A stretch of DNA of 64,000 nucleotides from Amphiscolops sp. MND2022 (lineage: Eukaryota), in assembly GCA_964187785.1 (NCBI GenBank), contig OZ076409.1:69442001-69506000 (forward strand), written 5' to 3'. The notes below the pieces were generated by a model that was given only the letters and a program-made list of their open reading frames with translations, did no database searches and was not told where the DNA came from. The translations under genes and the position numbers were made by a program. Below are positions 25,594 to 39,736 of the stretch, in pieces; position 1 is the stretch's first letter, and the number at the start of each line of letters is the position of its first letter.

Positions 25594-28500
25594 CAAAGCC
25601 CGCCATTACGTAATTTGAAACTTGTAGCTGCTGGTCAGTTTGATTCATGTGCAGTACCATCGTTGGAAGGTGCAATATTCTAATTATTGATTGGGACAAA
25701 AGTTCTTTAATGAGATCTTTACCAATTTCACTCAATTCTTGGCCTACTATATACAGTGTAATCTCTATACCGTCATTGGTATATACCGTCTCTTTATACC
25801 GACATTGGTCAGTGTCGCATAGCTCGCGGAAATGTGATTTGCAAGTCGAAACAAATCAATCTTGGGACATCTCCAGGCGGATTTTCGTCTGAATGTTGAA
25901 CCTCGGCGGTCAGTCCTTGGTAGACTACATTTCCTATTGCTGCTCGTGTAATTAGTAGTTTAGGATAATTATGTTCCCGACAGAAAAACACACCTTGCCC
26001 TCCCAAGTACGTCAAGTATCACAGTTTCGTAGACTCCGGTGAAGTTGTTTTTAATACATAAACGAGAAACTTCCAGTTTCGATTGTACTGCTTCTGCAAG
26101 GTGGGATCTTTCACCGGTCGGTGTCCATCAGACGACATGGTCCAAAAACAGAAAAAAAAGGTGGTCCATGACGCACGCTAGCTCTGTTTTCTGCAACTAT
26201 CAATGTTAAATGGAACGAATGACCTTTTCCTGAAGGTAATTCAAACGAAATTTGAAGATTTCTACCAGTTGAGCCTATGCAAGCATGGACAAAAACGTCA
26301 TTCCTAGTACAATCTACCCGAATATCAAATTCTCTGCGTTGAAGCTGAAGGACAATACAGCCGTCGAGTATCTCACACATATTTAGAAAGGCATCGATTT
26401 TAGAGCCAAAGATTGTTTTCGAACGCTGATGTAAGCGCATTAACAGCTGATATGTCTATATATGTGTATATTTTGTTGAAATTTTGCCTAAGTGTATGAA
26501 GTGTTACACATGTCATGAACATCAGAGTTGTCTTCACAATTTGGCACAAGCTTGGACCATAGTATTTCCTGATTAGAAAAAGCCACTACAAACGCAAATG
26601 AATCGAAGTTTCCAGAAATTCTGTGCGGAAGAGTTGGTGGTACTGGGCCATAGTCATCTATTGTGTGTCCAAAAGCTATGAGTGTCTTGAAGTAATCCTT
26701 ATTTTTCATGTCGTCAGGACAACTTTCCACACAATCAAAGTTTCTTAACTTATGGAGCACAGTGCAGCTCACATCACTTACCCGTCCACTGTCGACTCGG
26801 CGCAAGTAGCACTTTTGTATCCTATTTTAGAGATGGAACAGTTCGGAAACTAGATACCATCAAAGCTAACCTGTCTGCATGATTGATACATTTCCTACCA
26901 CTGGGTTAGTTGACACGTGGACGTATTTCAGTTTGACACCATTCTCATGATCGGAACAAGTTACTAATTGCAATCCGTTGTGATTTAATGACGCATGCGG
27001 AAATTTCGAACTTTTCTAACATCGCTTTACGCTCTAAGAAATTTTTGCGCGCGCCCTTGAGAAATCTAGAACTGTTTGCTATGAAACTTGTAAAAGTAGG
27101 GTGTAAATAGTTCGAAAATTGTGCAAAAGAAATACAGCATGTCTTTTCAATAAACTCGAAGCAACCTGCCGGGCATCTAACGTTTGGGAAAAAAATACTA
27201 AGTTAGAGCTTGCACCAATGTTTTAGCTGTTCGTGTGTTAATTAGAGTCCAAAACTATGTTTTGGACAGACAATGTTTAAGTAGTACCAAAAAGAAAGTC
27301 TTATTTCGACTGGCAGTAACTTCAATAGATTCTGAGTATTAAAATTGAACCTATGTGTTTCAAATAAAGTATACATAACGCTGGGCCAAGCATTAGGCCT
27401 ATTTCTGGACCGGTTGTCATTGTTGTTGTATATGAGGCACTGTTGACACATTGTTACTGTATCTACGACCGAGGAGGTTTACCAAACATTGTTGAATGTA
27501 CAGAGTCTGCTCAAAGTTTGAAAGTTAAGTCGTCAGTACTAGCCCTGCAACACTTACTACACATTGTTTCCTCCTCTGTCATCTCTATATCGTTGGGAGC
27601 ATCTGGGGGCATCGTAGCTCCTGCCATGTCTACGTCGTTGGGGAAAACTGGGTGTATGGGGGGATTGGCGTCATGAATTGTTATACTCACTCATTGTTGT
27701 TAATCCTCTTCTACTTGCTCTCTCTCCAAACATCTATTACAAATTCGATCACCGAGAAATAGGCCACATGTCGGATAAATAGGCGGCCGTTTTTTCCTCT
27801 TCTGCCTTGACCAGAGGGCATCGTTGACTTTCAGCCAAAAGCTGCTTAATTGCAAAGTAAACCAAGTGAATGGAAACAATACAATTGAATCTGAAAAAAC
27901 GCACAAATGGTTAGGCTCCGTCCTTTTGCGTTGGAAAACGTATCCGATTCACAGAAACGAATAATTGAATATGCGCCTTTTGGATTAAACCTGTGACTGA
28001 TTATCAATACTACTTTGGCTTACGCTCAAGATGTTAATTGAAAACATTATTGATTTTTTATTATCGAGAATATTACACTGATAAATTAATGAAAGCAGTC
28101 ATTTTCAAGCGTATACGCAGACATTAAATGCAGGTATATCAGTTTTGACAATTGGAACAGTTGCAATAGAAAAGAAAGCACTTCCTTGCTAACTGTATCG
28201 AGCTGGAAAAACATCGTTTTTAAAGCTGCAGTTCATTCACTTACGGATTGGAATTGTAGAAAAATCGTTTGATTCAAGAACAGGGGAAAACACTGAAACT
28301 AACATATTATTCTGTCGTTTATCAGTCTTTGCAGCTTGGCCTTCCCCGCAACATTCAGGTGGACTTTATCGTCAGTTAGCACGAATCTATTGCTGTGGGT
28401 AGATCCTCTGCCCAAATGTTTATACCCGAACCCTTTTCAATGGCCACCAACTAATTTATTTTTCATACACTCATTCGTGCCACCAAGGCGAGGTGGCACA

Positions 28501-31500
28501 CCCATAATTATTATGCGGCCTGATGACCGGGACATAATGATATTTGCTAAATCAATTAGCAGACGGTACGCCTGAAAACAAATCCTATGACTATTCAGAG
28601 TGAGGCATCTCTTAACTAAGCAATCTGTATCGCATTTGAAAATTACTCACACGAAAGAGCGAACAGCTAGGCCTGGTGATCCCATTCTAAATCTGGTGCT
28701 TAAAGCAATTGCCCCCACAGACAACGGCAATTACTCGGTACCTTGTCCCGATTCTTACTTTGGCAATTTTGACAAAGATCTTGAAACAAAGCTGCCACCA
28801 CTTCTCGGAGCATTGCCGAACTCAAACTCAGAACAGCCGACATTGTGTATCATACCTGACTTGCGAATGCAACCAAAAACAGTAGTTTCAAAGTAAAACT
28901 CACTGCGGGATTTCAGGAAATTCCTTTTGTCACTTTCTATTGCGTCCCTATGCCCTGGGATCTAAAGAAATTGCTGTATCATTCTCTTGCTATTGCGTCT
29001 CTTTATTAATTCTTTTTTTGAAGAGATTTCTAGTGCTTGTTCAAGAATAAATGAGTATTTCTGACGCTCACAATTAGTTAGGACAGTTTACTGCGGAATG
29101 ATCATGCGTGTTTGCAGGGGGAGCTTATCAGTTTTTTGAAGTCACATGATTGAATGATTGTGACTGGTACAAAAATTATTGGCTGCCAGATTTGAGTGAT
29201 TTCGTGTCCATTAAAAACAATTCACGAGTCTTTGCAAAGGAGGAACAGATGATGTCCACGCTACATAGAGAACTATGTGGCATATTCTCTTTTTTCCAAA
29301 CGTACGGAACACTACATCATTGGATCTCCTTTCCCAATATATCTATACTGCAACCACAAACCGATACTATATCTCTGTAAAGGACAAGTTTCACCGCTTT
29401 TCTTCATGTACCAAATGATCATATCCAATTTCCCAAATCTGAAGATAATATAGACGCCTGGAAGCAACTTCGCCTTCCCTGTTATACTCAGCCGAAATGT
29501 CTCCGTTGGAGAACACAAGACACATCAACTCAGCCACAAGTTCTCACCAAATGACATCCACTTCTTTTACGAACATGCGACACGAGTACATCACAAAATG
29601 AAACATGAGGAAAACTACGAGACCTCCAACATATCTTGTACGAAATATGAGACGAACGAAAAATCCTTCACTTACAAAATGAGAGGAAAAACCTCACAAT
29701 CAACAGTGTCTGAAGAACCTAACCTGCCTAAAATAGAATCAGCACATAATTTCGAATCCGGAAAAGAACTTGGAAAATACGAAGACCTATGAATCAGATG
29801 TGGTACACCGGACAGCACGTCGATCTATCCCAAAATAGTTACAGTTGTCAACAGCGACCGTGACGATGAAGCACTTGCGCAAGACGAACCACCAGAAGTG
29901 AACGAAACCAACTACGAGCTGAATACAGAGGACCTCACAGGAACTAACCAAAGTACTCCTGAAACAGATAAGCATTCCAAGATCTCTAGTTCCAAAATGC
30001 GATACATCCAAGAACGGGAGAATGAAACACCTGAACCCGCGACTTCGTCAACAAACTCGACAACCATACATAGAAGTGGATCTCGACGTCACAACAATCT
30101 CACAAGAACAGATAAATGTCGAGCTATGAACAACGTTCTGGCTAACCTTGTTCGAATAAAACAGTTCTGTTTGCATCAAAATAACGCGCTAAAATGAAGA
30201 GGAAATGGAACTGACATTGTTTGTGGGAAGAGAAGAAAGTGGGAATAATAATAATGGCGGCGGCCGCGAATAGTAATTTTGGTGGGAAGGTACTACGAGA
30301 AATGAATTGCACAAGTAAAAATTTCTAATATATACCGCGATGATTTGAGATTCGAGCGAAGCTACGGTAGGTTGCATGCAAAAGATGCCGGCCAGGCAGT
30401 CTTGCAGATTTTCTTGACTTTTTTATACTGCCTACACCGGCTAGAGATTCATTCTTCTCGCCAAACGTCAGAGCGTCAACTCAAGAGGTCTCTTCCTCTT
30501 TCCCCTCTATTTCTCGTCGCTCCCCTTATTCTTATTCTCCCTCGTCTCTCCCTTTACTCTAACTTCTCCTCTTCTCTTATTTTTTTCGGCCTTCTTTACC
30601 TTTATTCCTTAGACTGCTAATAGCGAAACATATACTGCTATGCCTAGAAAATATTACTCAGCGCTGATTTCTATTTCCTTTTGGTAATTCAAGATATTTG
30701 CTTCGTTTTCGGATACAGAAAGCTCACTTACAGATACTTCTCCGTTTAAATTATTACGGATTGTAAGTTTATAGTGTCTTATAAGTAAATTTCCGAAGAT
30801 AAATGGAAATTGCTATGATTTTCTCGATGTGGAATGTCTCAACAATTTGCCCTAAAAAGTATTAGGTAAAGGTAATGCTGATTCGGTTGTAAATATGTAA
30901 GTTGTTGAATTTGCTGAAGCAACTGCTTTGTTAAAGAAGTTACAGCGGTATGAAGAGATTACACTGTAGTTCATGTTGAAGACAATCAGGATATTCATAA
31001 TGAATTTTGAAATTAATTTCAGCTGAGATCGCAAAATGACAGTCTCGTTTTGTTCACAAGAAAACTACGTTGAAAAAACTCAAACGGAAGAAAAAACACG
31101 CCCTTTTTGAAAACAGCACGCCCGTTTTGAATTTTTGTGCTCCTGATTAACTACGTTGTGTAGTATTTCTTGACAATCCACATGTGTAGTATTACAATAT
31201 GTACACGTGGCAAGCTTAACCTCTTGATATGGGCATTTTTGTATATCCATGACCAACACAGTGTAAGAATTTGTATAAATCTTTGTATTTGTTCGCATGT
31301 GTTTTTAGTTTTTGCAAATATGTTTCAAAGCCAACGTCGTCAGGTTGAGGTCGATTTTGTGGGTCATTTTCAATTTGACAAGAACATTTCTTCTAGTTGA
31401 AAACTTTAATTTTTCTTGTTTCTCCTACTTTTCTCGACCCAGCTAAAGTGACACTCACCCTCAATTGTTGTATACTTTTTTGTTCGACCAGGATCGGTGC

Positions 31501-32285
31501 TAACGTTTCTGTTATGAAATAGATATTGCTTCTCAAGTCAACCTCTGTCTCATATACCAAGTGTTATGTAATTATTACCTCGAAATAAATGTTCTAGTCT
31601 GTTATGATTAACCTAGATGCTTTATTTTTGTATTCCCTGCAATTTGTCAATCATTATCCAAATAATTTATCATGAGTTATCCAAATGTTTATTCCAATCT
31701 TTTTAGAAGTACCTTCAAATATATCAGTTTTATATGAAAGGAATCATTTTGTAAGGGAGGACATTTGATGTTGCTGCTGATGAAAACGCATTCGTTTTTT
31801 TTAAAATCTGTCATATTAGTTGTTTATGGTTTCAAACTTTCGAACGATTTATAAGTGGTGGTATTTTTGCATTGGATTACAAATTGATTCCTGTATGCAG
31901 TTGCTATCTCTGACCAAAAATCACTAGAAGTTAAAAGTATGCAATTGTAATAAAATTTGTTAATTAGCTTAGAAGATATCATTTGATCAAATGATATCTA
32001 ATAAATTATCATTTGTAAATTCTCCCTCCGTCACATAGAGAAGTAGCTCGAACTTCATTGGTTGTACTTTGACCATTGCTGATCTGTCTGACATTGTCGC
32101 TGTTTTGATTATGGAGCGTTTCTAAATCCCAGAGGATTCATCGAGTGAGGGTACTCAGGATTAAACTAGCGAGCAACCTTATTTCTAAAATCTTTCCTTC
32201 GATTCTATATTCCTGAGAACCCTTTACGCATGCTTTTTGTATGGAGGTCGACCCCGGTCGTATACCGCAATTAGCTACAATTTTT

Positions 32286-33605
32286 AGGAGTCGGAAAAAA
32301 TTTTCGACTACTTATGCAATCGTGTTTTTTTTCTCCCGACCTTTTCATGAAAATTTCAAATTTCTCAAAAACTGTCCATACGATTTTCACGAAATTTTGC
32401 ACAGTCATTCTACACCCAAAGGGGCCCCTGCGTGTGCAAAGGCATCAAAATCGTATGGCTGGGATGTGAGAAACATAGCCAAAATTAGCCCAAAAATGGC
32501 CAAAAAACAGCCATTTTTCGACTTTTTTCGATTTTCTCAAAAACTGTCCATACGATTCGAACGAAATTTTCTACAGTTATTTTACACCATATTAGAGTCC
32601 TATATGTGCAATGGCATCAAAATCGTATGGCTGGGATGTGAGAAACATAGCCAAAATTAGCCCAAAAATGGCCAAAAAACAGCCATTTTTCGACTTTTTT
32701 CGATTTTCTCAAAAACTGTCCATACGATTCGAACGAAATTTTCTACAGATATTCTACACCATATTAGAGTCCTATATGTGCAATGGCATCAAAATCGTAT
32801 GGCTGGGATGTGAGAAACATAGCCAAAATTAGCCCAAAAATGGCCAAAAAACAGCCATTTTTCGACGTTTTTCGATTTTCTCAAAAACTGTCCATACGAT
32901 TCGAACGAAATTTTCTACAGTTATTTTACACCATATTAGAGTCCTATATGTGCAATGGCATCAAAATCGTATGGCTGGGATGTGAGAAACATAGCCAAAA
33001 TTAGCCCAAAAATGGCCAAAAAACAGCCATTTTTCGACTTTTTTCGATTTTCTCAAAAACTGTCCATACGATTCGAACGAAATTTTCTACAGATATTCTA
33101 CACCATATTAGAGTCCTATATGTGCAATGGCATCAAAATCGTATGGCTGGGATGTGAGAAACATAGCCAAAATTAGCCCAAAAATGGCCAAAAAACAGCC
33201 ATTTTTCGACTTTTTTCGATTTTCTCAAAAACTGTCCATACGATTCGAACGAAATTTTCTACAGTTATTTTACACCATATTAGAGTCCTATATGTGCAAT
33301 GGCATCAAAATCGTATGGCTGGGATGTGAGAAACATAGCCAAAATTAGCCCAAAAATGGCCAAAAAACAGCCATTTTTCGACTTTTTTCGATTTTCTCAA
33401 AAACTGTCCATATGATTCGAACGAAATTTTCTACAGATATTCTACACCATATTAGAGTCCTATATGTGCAATGGCATCAAAATCGTATGGCTGGGATGTG
33501 AGAAACATAGCCAAAATTAGCCCAAAAATGGTCAAAAAAGGGCCATTTTTCGACTTCAGAAAAAAAGACCTAAGCCGACTCCTTTACCGCACATGCGGCT
33601 CTGGT
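32286..33605 (+). mobile_element. Helentron-like non-autonomous element family 1 carrying a central satellite
   Basis: subTIR AGGAGTCGG (32286) / CCGACTCCT (33575), 5' local inverted repeat, 3' hairpin CCGCACATGCGG (33587-33598), T-rich flanks, no TSD. Confidence 0.72.
32350..33556. repeat. 172-bp tandem repeat, ~7 units
   Basis: Near-identical ORF translations recur at 32611, 32783, 32955 and 33127 (period 172). Confidence 0.97.
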
Positions 33606-36600
33606 TTTATAATCGAAACTTTCGTACATTCCGAGAAAAAGTAATTTTTGAAGGTTTAGTAGTTTCAAATCGGAAAATAGGACGCATGTCAAGAGAGCTT
33701 CCCCAGCAAACTATAGCAAGTTTCGAGGAGATTTATCATTCTAGGTTCAAAATACCTTCAGTTTCAATATAACACCATAAAGTCACAATGTGAAGTATAT
33801 AACACACATTCTTTACTGAATCATCACCACTCACTGGATTAACAATGACGAACAAGATGAAAACGTCTAAAGTGGGCGCCCCGCTCAAGGCTCGAAAAAT
33901 CCAAAGGCTCTTTAGAATGCTCAGTGTGGCTAATGGGATATTTTCTTAATTCAGAGTTGTAAAACTATCCGAGGGCGATTTGCTGACTATTTTTCTGGAA
34001 GCCACCCTTGAGTTCTTGAGCACTATTTAATAACAGCTCTTGAGTCCTGAACTGTTGACTAAGACGGTCCTGTATTAAGAAAAATTTTATAACTTGTCGC
34101 TTTTATATTGTATTTTAATAGGAATTTACGGATTAACTATAATCAATCTACTTTATAATGCAGAAGTTAAAAGTACAACAGTGTAGAAAGTACATGACAC
34201 AAGCGGTATCAAGTAATCTGTGGGTGTCACTCCTTAGCAAAAAGTGGCTTAGTGACAGTAAGTTGGAAAAAACGTTCCAGATATATCTTTTTTTTTTGGA
34301 GACAGTATTTGACAAATTATTATTCTGTTTAAGGTAGCAGGGAAAAAATTTGAAGATACAAGAAGACCAGGTGGATTAAATATTCGTATAGAAGAGATGC
34401 CCATATGGTGGATTTTTTGGGGCTCGGGCTTTGCGAGATGCCCATACGGCCGAGTTTTGTTTTTTTTTCGCAAATTTCGTGACCTGCCCACTTTTCAAAC
34501 TTGAGGCATAGTTCTCAAAACCCGGAATGTGGTCGCGGCGGTTAATTGGATTTGGCGCGCGTCGTCGAAAAGCATGCCTACGGACGGTGGGCGTCAATCT
34601 TTGAGTTGAAAGAACTTAAGGTTTCTTTACGTACAGGTTTTACTTGATTTAGTCTAGTGGCAGAACGTAACTTTCTACGAGATGACCTGTTTAGAAAAAA
34701 AAACAATTTTCGGACTGGCAGTTGTTTTGTTTGCGATTACAGATTCGTAAATTACCGTTGCCTTATTAAAGATAGTCGAGCTAGGTACAGGATAACCGTA
34801 AAAATTAAAAATGACAGAAAAAATAATTTGAATGACAGCTAAAATCACATACAGCGCAATTATAGTAGAGTGTGAGTTATTCAATTTTTCTTTTCGTTCA
34901 AGGTAATCGCAAATTAGTTTCCCACGCAACTCAATGACAGACTAAATGAACGGAAATTATCAACATAACGTTTTCTCGAGCTATTCATATCCAGCACTGG
35001 CATGGTCTTTCGAAACTGTACCTGTATCAAACCTTCCAATTTTTTGCAAGTTTCAATGCTATTGAGAAATGACAAGAGGAAACAACTTTTTCGTAATTTG
35101 AAGATTTGGTCGATATGGCACTTGGAGTCACCAGAAACCAACTTGTGTCAAACGTTGAGGTTCCAACTTTTCAGCTCGAAAGTGTCTGAGAAATAACTCT
35201 GATAAATTTTGTCTAGTTATTTAGTTTACAGTGTAAAATCATTTCTATTGATCCGATCGTCGTTGAGAATTTCATCGTGTTTTATCTTTCAAGCCAATTC
35301 GAGCATTTATAGTTCAACTTGGAAGCCATCGGGGTAGTTCATTTACACTGTGGAATCAACTTAAAACTGTGAAAAAATTGCCAAGCGTTGCGGGAAGATT
35401 GAGAACGTGGCTGCACATGCTTTCGTTTTCCAGGTTGGAAATACACTGTGCATCAAAAAGGTGGTGCTCTGTGTGAAATCTGAAATCATGCCTTATAGAA
35501 AACTCTGGTTCTCTCAAATTTGGAAAGATTGAAAAAGTTTTTCCTCTACGTTTTAGACGCTTTAAAAGTACAATTGTTCGTTGTTTTTAACTGGCTGTCA
35601 CGCTTTATCACTATTCCAACAGAAAAATTGAAATGACAGAAATATGTTTTTAGGGGCATGCTCTTAGCATAAATTTTGGATAGATTGATTTGCGTTTTTA
35701 GGTTGCTTTTGAAGTAGGAAGGAAAATGAGGCTGTCATTGTTTATCACAACCAATTTGAAGCGTTTTGGTGACAATTTTCACAATATCATGCTTGTCTTT
35801 CTTCGCAAAAAGCTGATGTTAAACATTTTGTAATCAACGATGAAATGAAGATATTGTCGAGAAAGGAACCATGAATGCCAATCGCACTGGCTACTTTTTC
35901 AACTAGTTCAGCATGTATTCTGGCCACTAAACATTGTCCAATGGTAACGCATTATAAGAAAATTTATACCCTAATTAGAAACTTTCTTGTTAGTTCCAAA
36001 TTGTATCATCAACTTGTCTTGAATTACAATGTAAAACAGCCCGATCAATGTGTCAAAAACACATTGAATTGCACGTTTTGCGGAGAACGTTGAAATTCTT
36101 ATCGGAAGTAAATTTTCTTGGACGCCTGGAAGTCGAAACCAGAAACTTAACGAGTTTCATGTATTCGGAGAATCTGTAGGACATTATGTTGGCTGATTTA
36201 AAATATTTTTATTACGCCGGAGGATCATGCATGTAATACTATTACATGGAGATGAAATTTTCTCCCAGGTTACAACACTTCATGACAAGCAGAATTTATT
36301 GCTTAGATTGATTCTCAGCAACAATTGTGGAATAAAAAAACTTTCGGATTTGAACCATGTAACCGTCAAATATCATGAAGGAGACAATTACCCACATTTC
36401 GGGTCGTCTATTATGTATCGGGACTTTTAAAACACATGTTCCAAAACATTGAGCTAGTTTTAAAGTTGACCTACAGCATCCGATGAGCAGTTCCTACGCT
36501 TTCATGGCAGAAAAAGCGTTTATAATGGAACTAAAAAAGTTTTCTATTCAAAAATAGCCAATCCCGGTCCAATTCGTATTCTGAACGAAATGTTATCAAT

Positions 36601-37588
36601 TACTTGATGTGCTACGAAGTGATTTTCGGATTCTCATTGAAGAACGGCACATTCACCTGCCACACAAGCGTTCCACAAAGTATCGTTTCAACCTCAAATT
36701 TGCTTCAGGAGCATTTGTTCTTCCCCAAAAAGTCACTTTTATCCACTTCCGGTCCAATTAGCTCACTTCCGGTGCAACTTCCGGTCACTTTCGGAAGCGC
36801 GTGTGGTAAGTGTATAGAAAGTAGGAGGATCCCACGATGCTCGGGGGCTTCATAATTGGCCAAATTTGCACATTTCACTTTTGCAACACAGAAAAAGGAG
36901 GCGTGACCCCTATTCCCGGGAGGGGGTGATAGGAGGGGGCCCAAATGATAATGTTCCTAAAAGGTTTCTGTCCAAACCTACTTTAAGTATTTAGCTGTCG
37001 GTGCGCTCAACTCACTCCTTCACACCGGAAACGGGCTCTGACTCTATCCAAAATTCTCGAATATTGAGACCGAAAGTAACAAATTGTCATTTCTGGTGTG
37101 GGGGGAGATGTGAGCGAAAATTGAAAAACGTCATCAGCAAGCTACTTGGACCGCCTACAAATCCATGCCCCACACCCGTATCGCTAGTACCAACTCAACG
37201 CAAGCTATTAGCTTGTCAAGCATAAAATTCGCACAAAAGGCCATTTTTGTCCCTATTTGACAAAAAAAGTGCAACAAGAAATCAAAAATCAAAAAAACAG
37301 TTTTCACCCATCCTAATTATTTGTGAATACCCACTTGTACGCAAAAAAAACTAGAAAAAGCGTTAGGGCAGGTTTCGAGAAATCGCGCAAGTCACCATTG
37401 TTCTCTCTATATATACACCGTTATTTGAAAAATCGTCCCGCCATAAAGGGGCCCTCCCGACGGACGGCAATTGAACACAACAGTGTTGTTCACCGAGAAT
37501 AAATATGGATACCATGTTTTCGCGCAAGATCTTGGCCAACATTCTCGCTCACAGAAAAAGTTTCAAAATTTGACTTCATGGTGTTTCT

Positions 37589-38545
37589 AGGAGTCGGAAA
37601 TAATTTTCGACTACTTATGCATTCGTGTCGTTTTTTTATCCCGACCTTCCAATGAAAATTTCAATTTTCTCAAAACTGTCCTAACGATTTTTATGAAATT
37701 TTGCACAGTCATTCTACATCCAAAGGGGCTCCTACGTGCGCAAAGGCATCGAAATCATTTGACCGGATGTGAGAAACGTAGCCAAAATTGGCCCAAAAAT
37801 GGCAAAAAACTCATTTTTAGTCGGCGCTTTTCGAAGAAAAACGCAGACTATAGTAGTGACTTCTTTTTTTTAAAGACCAACGAAGTGACAGATTTTATAA
37901 AGAGTTATAAATAGCTGAGCTGACTTCACTGCAGTAACTGCAACGCTAGCTATCACTGCTGGCACTTGGCATAGAGGTTAATTAAGCTTTTTGAGGTCTG
38001 CCAAGCAGAAGGACGTGGGTTCGAGTCCCACCCTTGATCAAATTTTTTTGTGCAGGTTTTTTTCGGCTTTGTGAGACTTTCGCAATTTTTTTTAATGTCT
38101 CCAAAGGGTCCACCCTTCATTTTTTTTCTATTTTGCATAAGAATGGATGTTCAAAACCTCCCAAAGGGCCCCCCTTTTACAATTTTTCGGCACTATGCGA
38201 CTTACCGGAGACCAAAAAATTTCGAAAAAAAATTCAAAAAAATTCGGATTTTTTTAAAGTTTTTCCTCACGCGGGTAATGTAGAAGAGAATACTTGACAC
38301 TTTGAAGTCCTTTTGTTATTTTTGAGCCTTAGATATGGCGCCGACTTGGGCCGTTCCCGGCTTGTTTCAACTTTATACGATTTTCTCAAAAACTGTCCAT
38401 ACGATTCGAACGAAATTTTCTACAGTATTTTTACACTATTTTAAGGTCCTATATGTGCAATGGCATCAAAATTGTATGGCTGGGACGCGAAAAACATGGC
38501 CAAAGTTAGCCCAAAAATGGTTTGAAAAAACAGCCATTTTTGGGC
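37589..38545 (+). mobile_element. Second family 1 copy, interrupted by a family 2 element
   Basis: Same head AGGAGTCGGAAA...TTTTCGACTACTTATGCA and diverged 172-bp units at 37660-37818 and 38367-38545. Confidence 0.7.
37819..38366 (+). mobile_element. Helentron-like non-autonomous family 2 with a tRNA-like segment
   Basis: subTIR AGTCGGCGC / GCGCCGACT, 3' hairpin GCCGTTCCCGGC plus TTGTT; inserted in a T-run; T-arm GTGGG-TTCGAGT-CCCAC at 38015-38031. Confidence 0.7.
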
Positions 38546-39232
38546 TTCGAATTTCGCCCAAATTTTCAAAGTACTGTCAAAATGGGTAAATTCTGCCCAA
38601 ATTCGTGCCAGTGGGGACCATTTGGTCCTTTTTCCGCCGTTTCAGCGTTCCAGCATTCATCGTTGAAGAATGACGAGACTTCAAAATGATCGAAAAGAAA
38701 CTTTTTCAACTCAAAGTTAAGAAGTTTCCACACAACTAGGATTTGAAGTGGATGCATGTGGAAAGTACTCAGTTAGACGACAAAAATGAACATTTTTTCA
38801 AAAAGAACATTTAGACCGGAAACCTCTGAAAATGTTTCAATTTGCTTTTTAAGACTTTGGAACATTTGAGCTGCAAAATCCCAAAAGTTGGAAAAGAAGC
38901 CATCAATGCGATTCAAAGAGCCGCTTTAGCTTTTTTTTCAAGGAGCTGTGGTTGAGAAAGCTTTTCAAAAATGCTCCAACTTGATGCATCGTTAAACAAA
39001 AACTTGCAAAACTGAAAGAGCATTTGTTAGTAGAGAGACCGAAACTGTAAAACAAGTGCCTGATGCGATGAAAATATTTTCGATTTTGGGTTTGTAGACT
39101 TGTATCTCAAAATGAGGCTAGAGACGTTGATACTTGTAGCACATATTGTGGAGAAGTACGCGAAGTTTTAGCATGTTTTGATTTTCCTTTATATTTGGCG
39201 TCGTTTGGTGAAATTTTTGTTTTATTCTCCAG

Positions 39233-39664
39233 AGTAGTATGCGAATTCCCGATTCGGACCAGCAAAACCATCAAATTTAGCCATTTTTTCAAAAAAAATC
39301 GATAAAATTGGTGTTTTTTCACTACTAAAAAAATTGTCAGGTTAATCAAACCATCAAAATTAGATATTTTTTCAAAAAAAATCGATAAAATTGGTGTTTT
39401 TTCACTACTAAAAAATTTTTTAATTAATTCGGGCCAGTCAAATATTTTTTAAAAAAAATGTTGATTATTTTTGAAAAAAATCAACGTTTTTTTCACAACT
39501 AACTGTTAAAAAATAACCAAAGTAAAAATTAGGTATTTTTCACAACTGAAAAATTAACAAAATTGATGAAAAATAACTATTAAATGAATTATTTATCATT
39601 CAAAGAATTTGTTAATAACTATGGATTAAAAAATGAAGCAACTTCCAATGTAGAAATAAAAGAA
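39233..39664 (+). repeat. Polinton left TIR (~432 bp)
   Basis: Reverse complement of 52257-52687 with a few mismatches; contains an internal ~80-bp direct repeat. Confidence 0.93.
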
Positions 39665-39736
39665 TTTTTCACTAATTTTTGAAAAATATTTAATGAAAAT
39701 TTTTTAATTAAACTATTTTTTCCTTAATAAATAGTA

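Noticed and set aside
26111..30200. Scattered 60-110 aa ORFs with coding-like composition
   Set aside because: No recognisable motifs or consistent splice structure; possibly old TE debris but not supportable
32241..33348. Repeated 73-aa ORFs / possible CRISPR-like array
   Set aside because: They are translations of a 172-bp tandem repeat with no unique spacers and no cas genes; eukaryotic context
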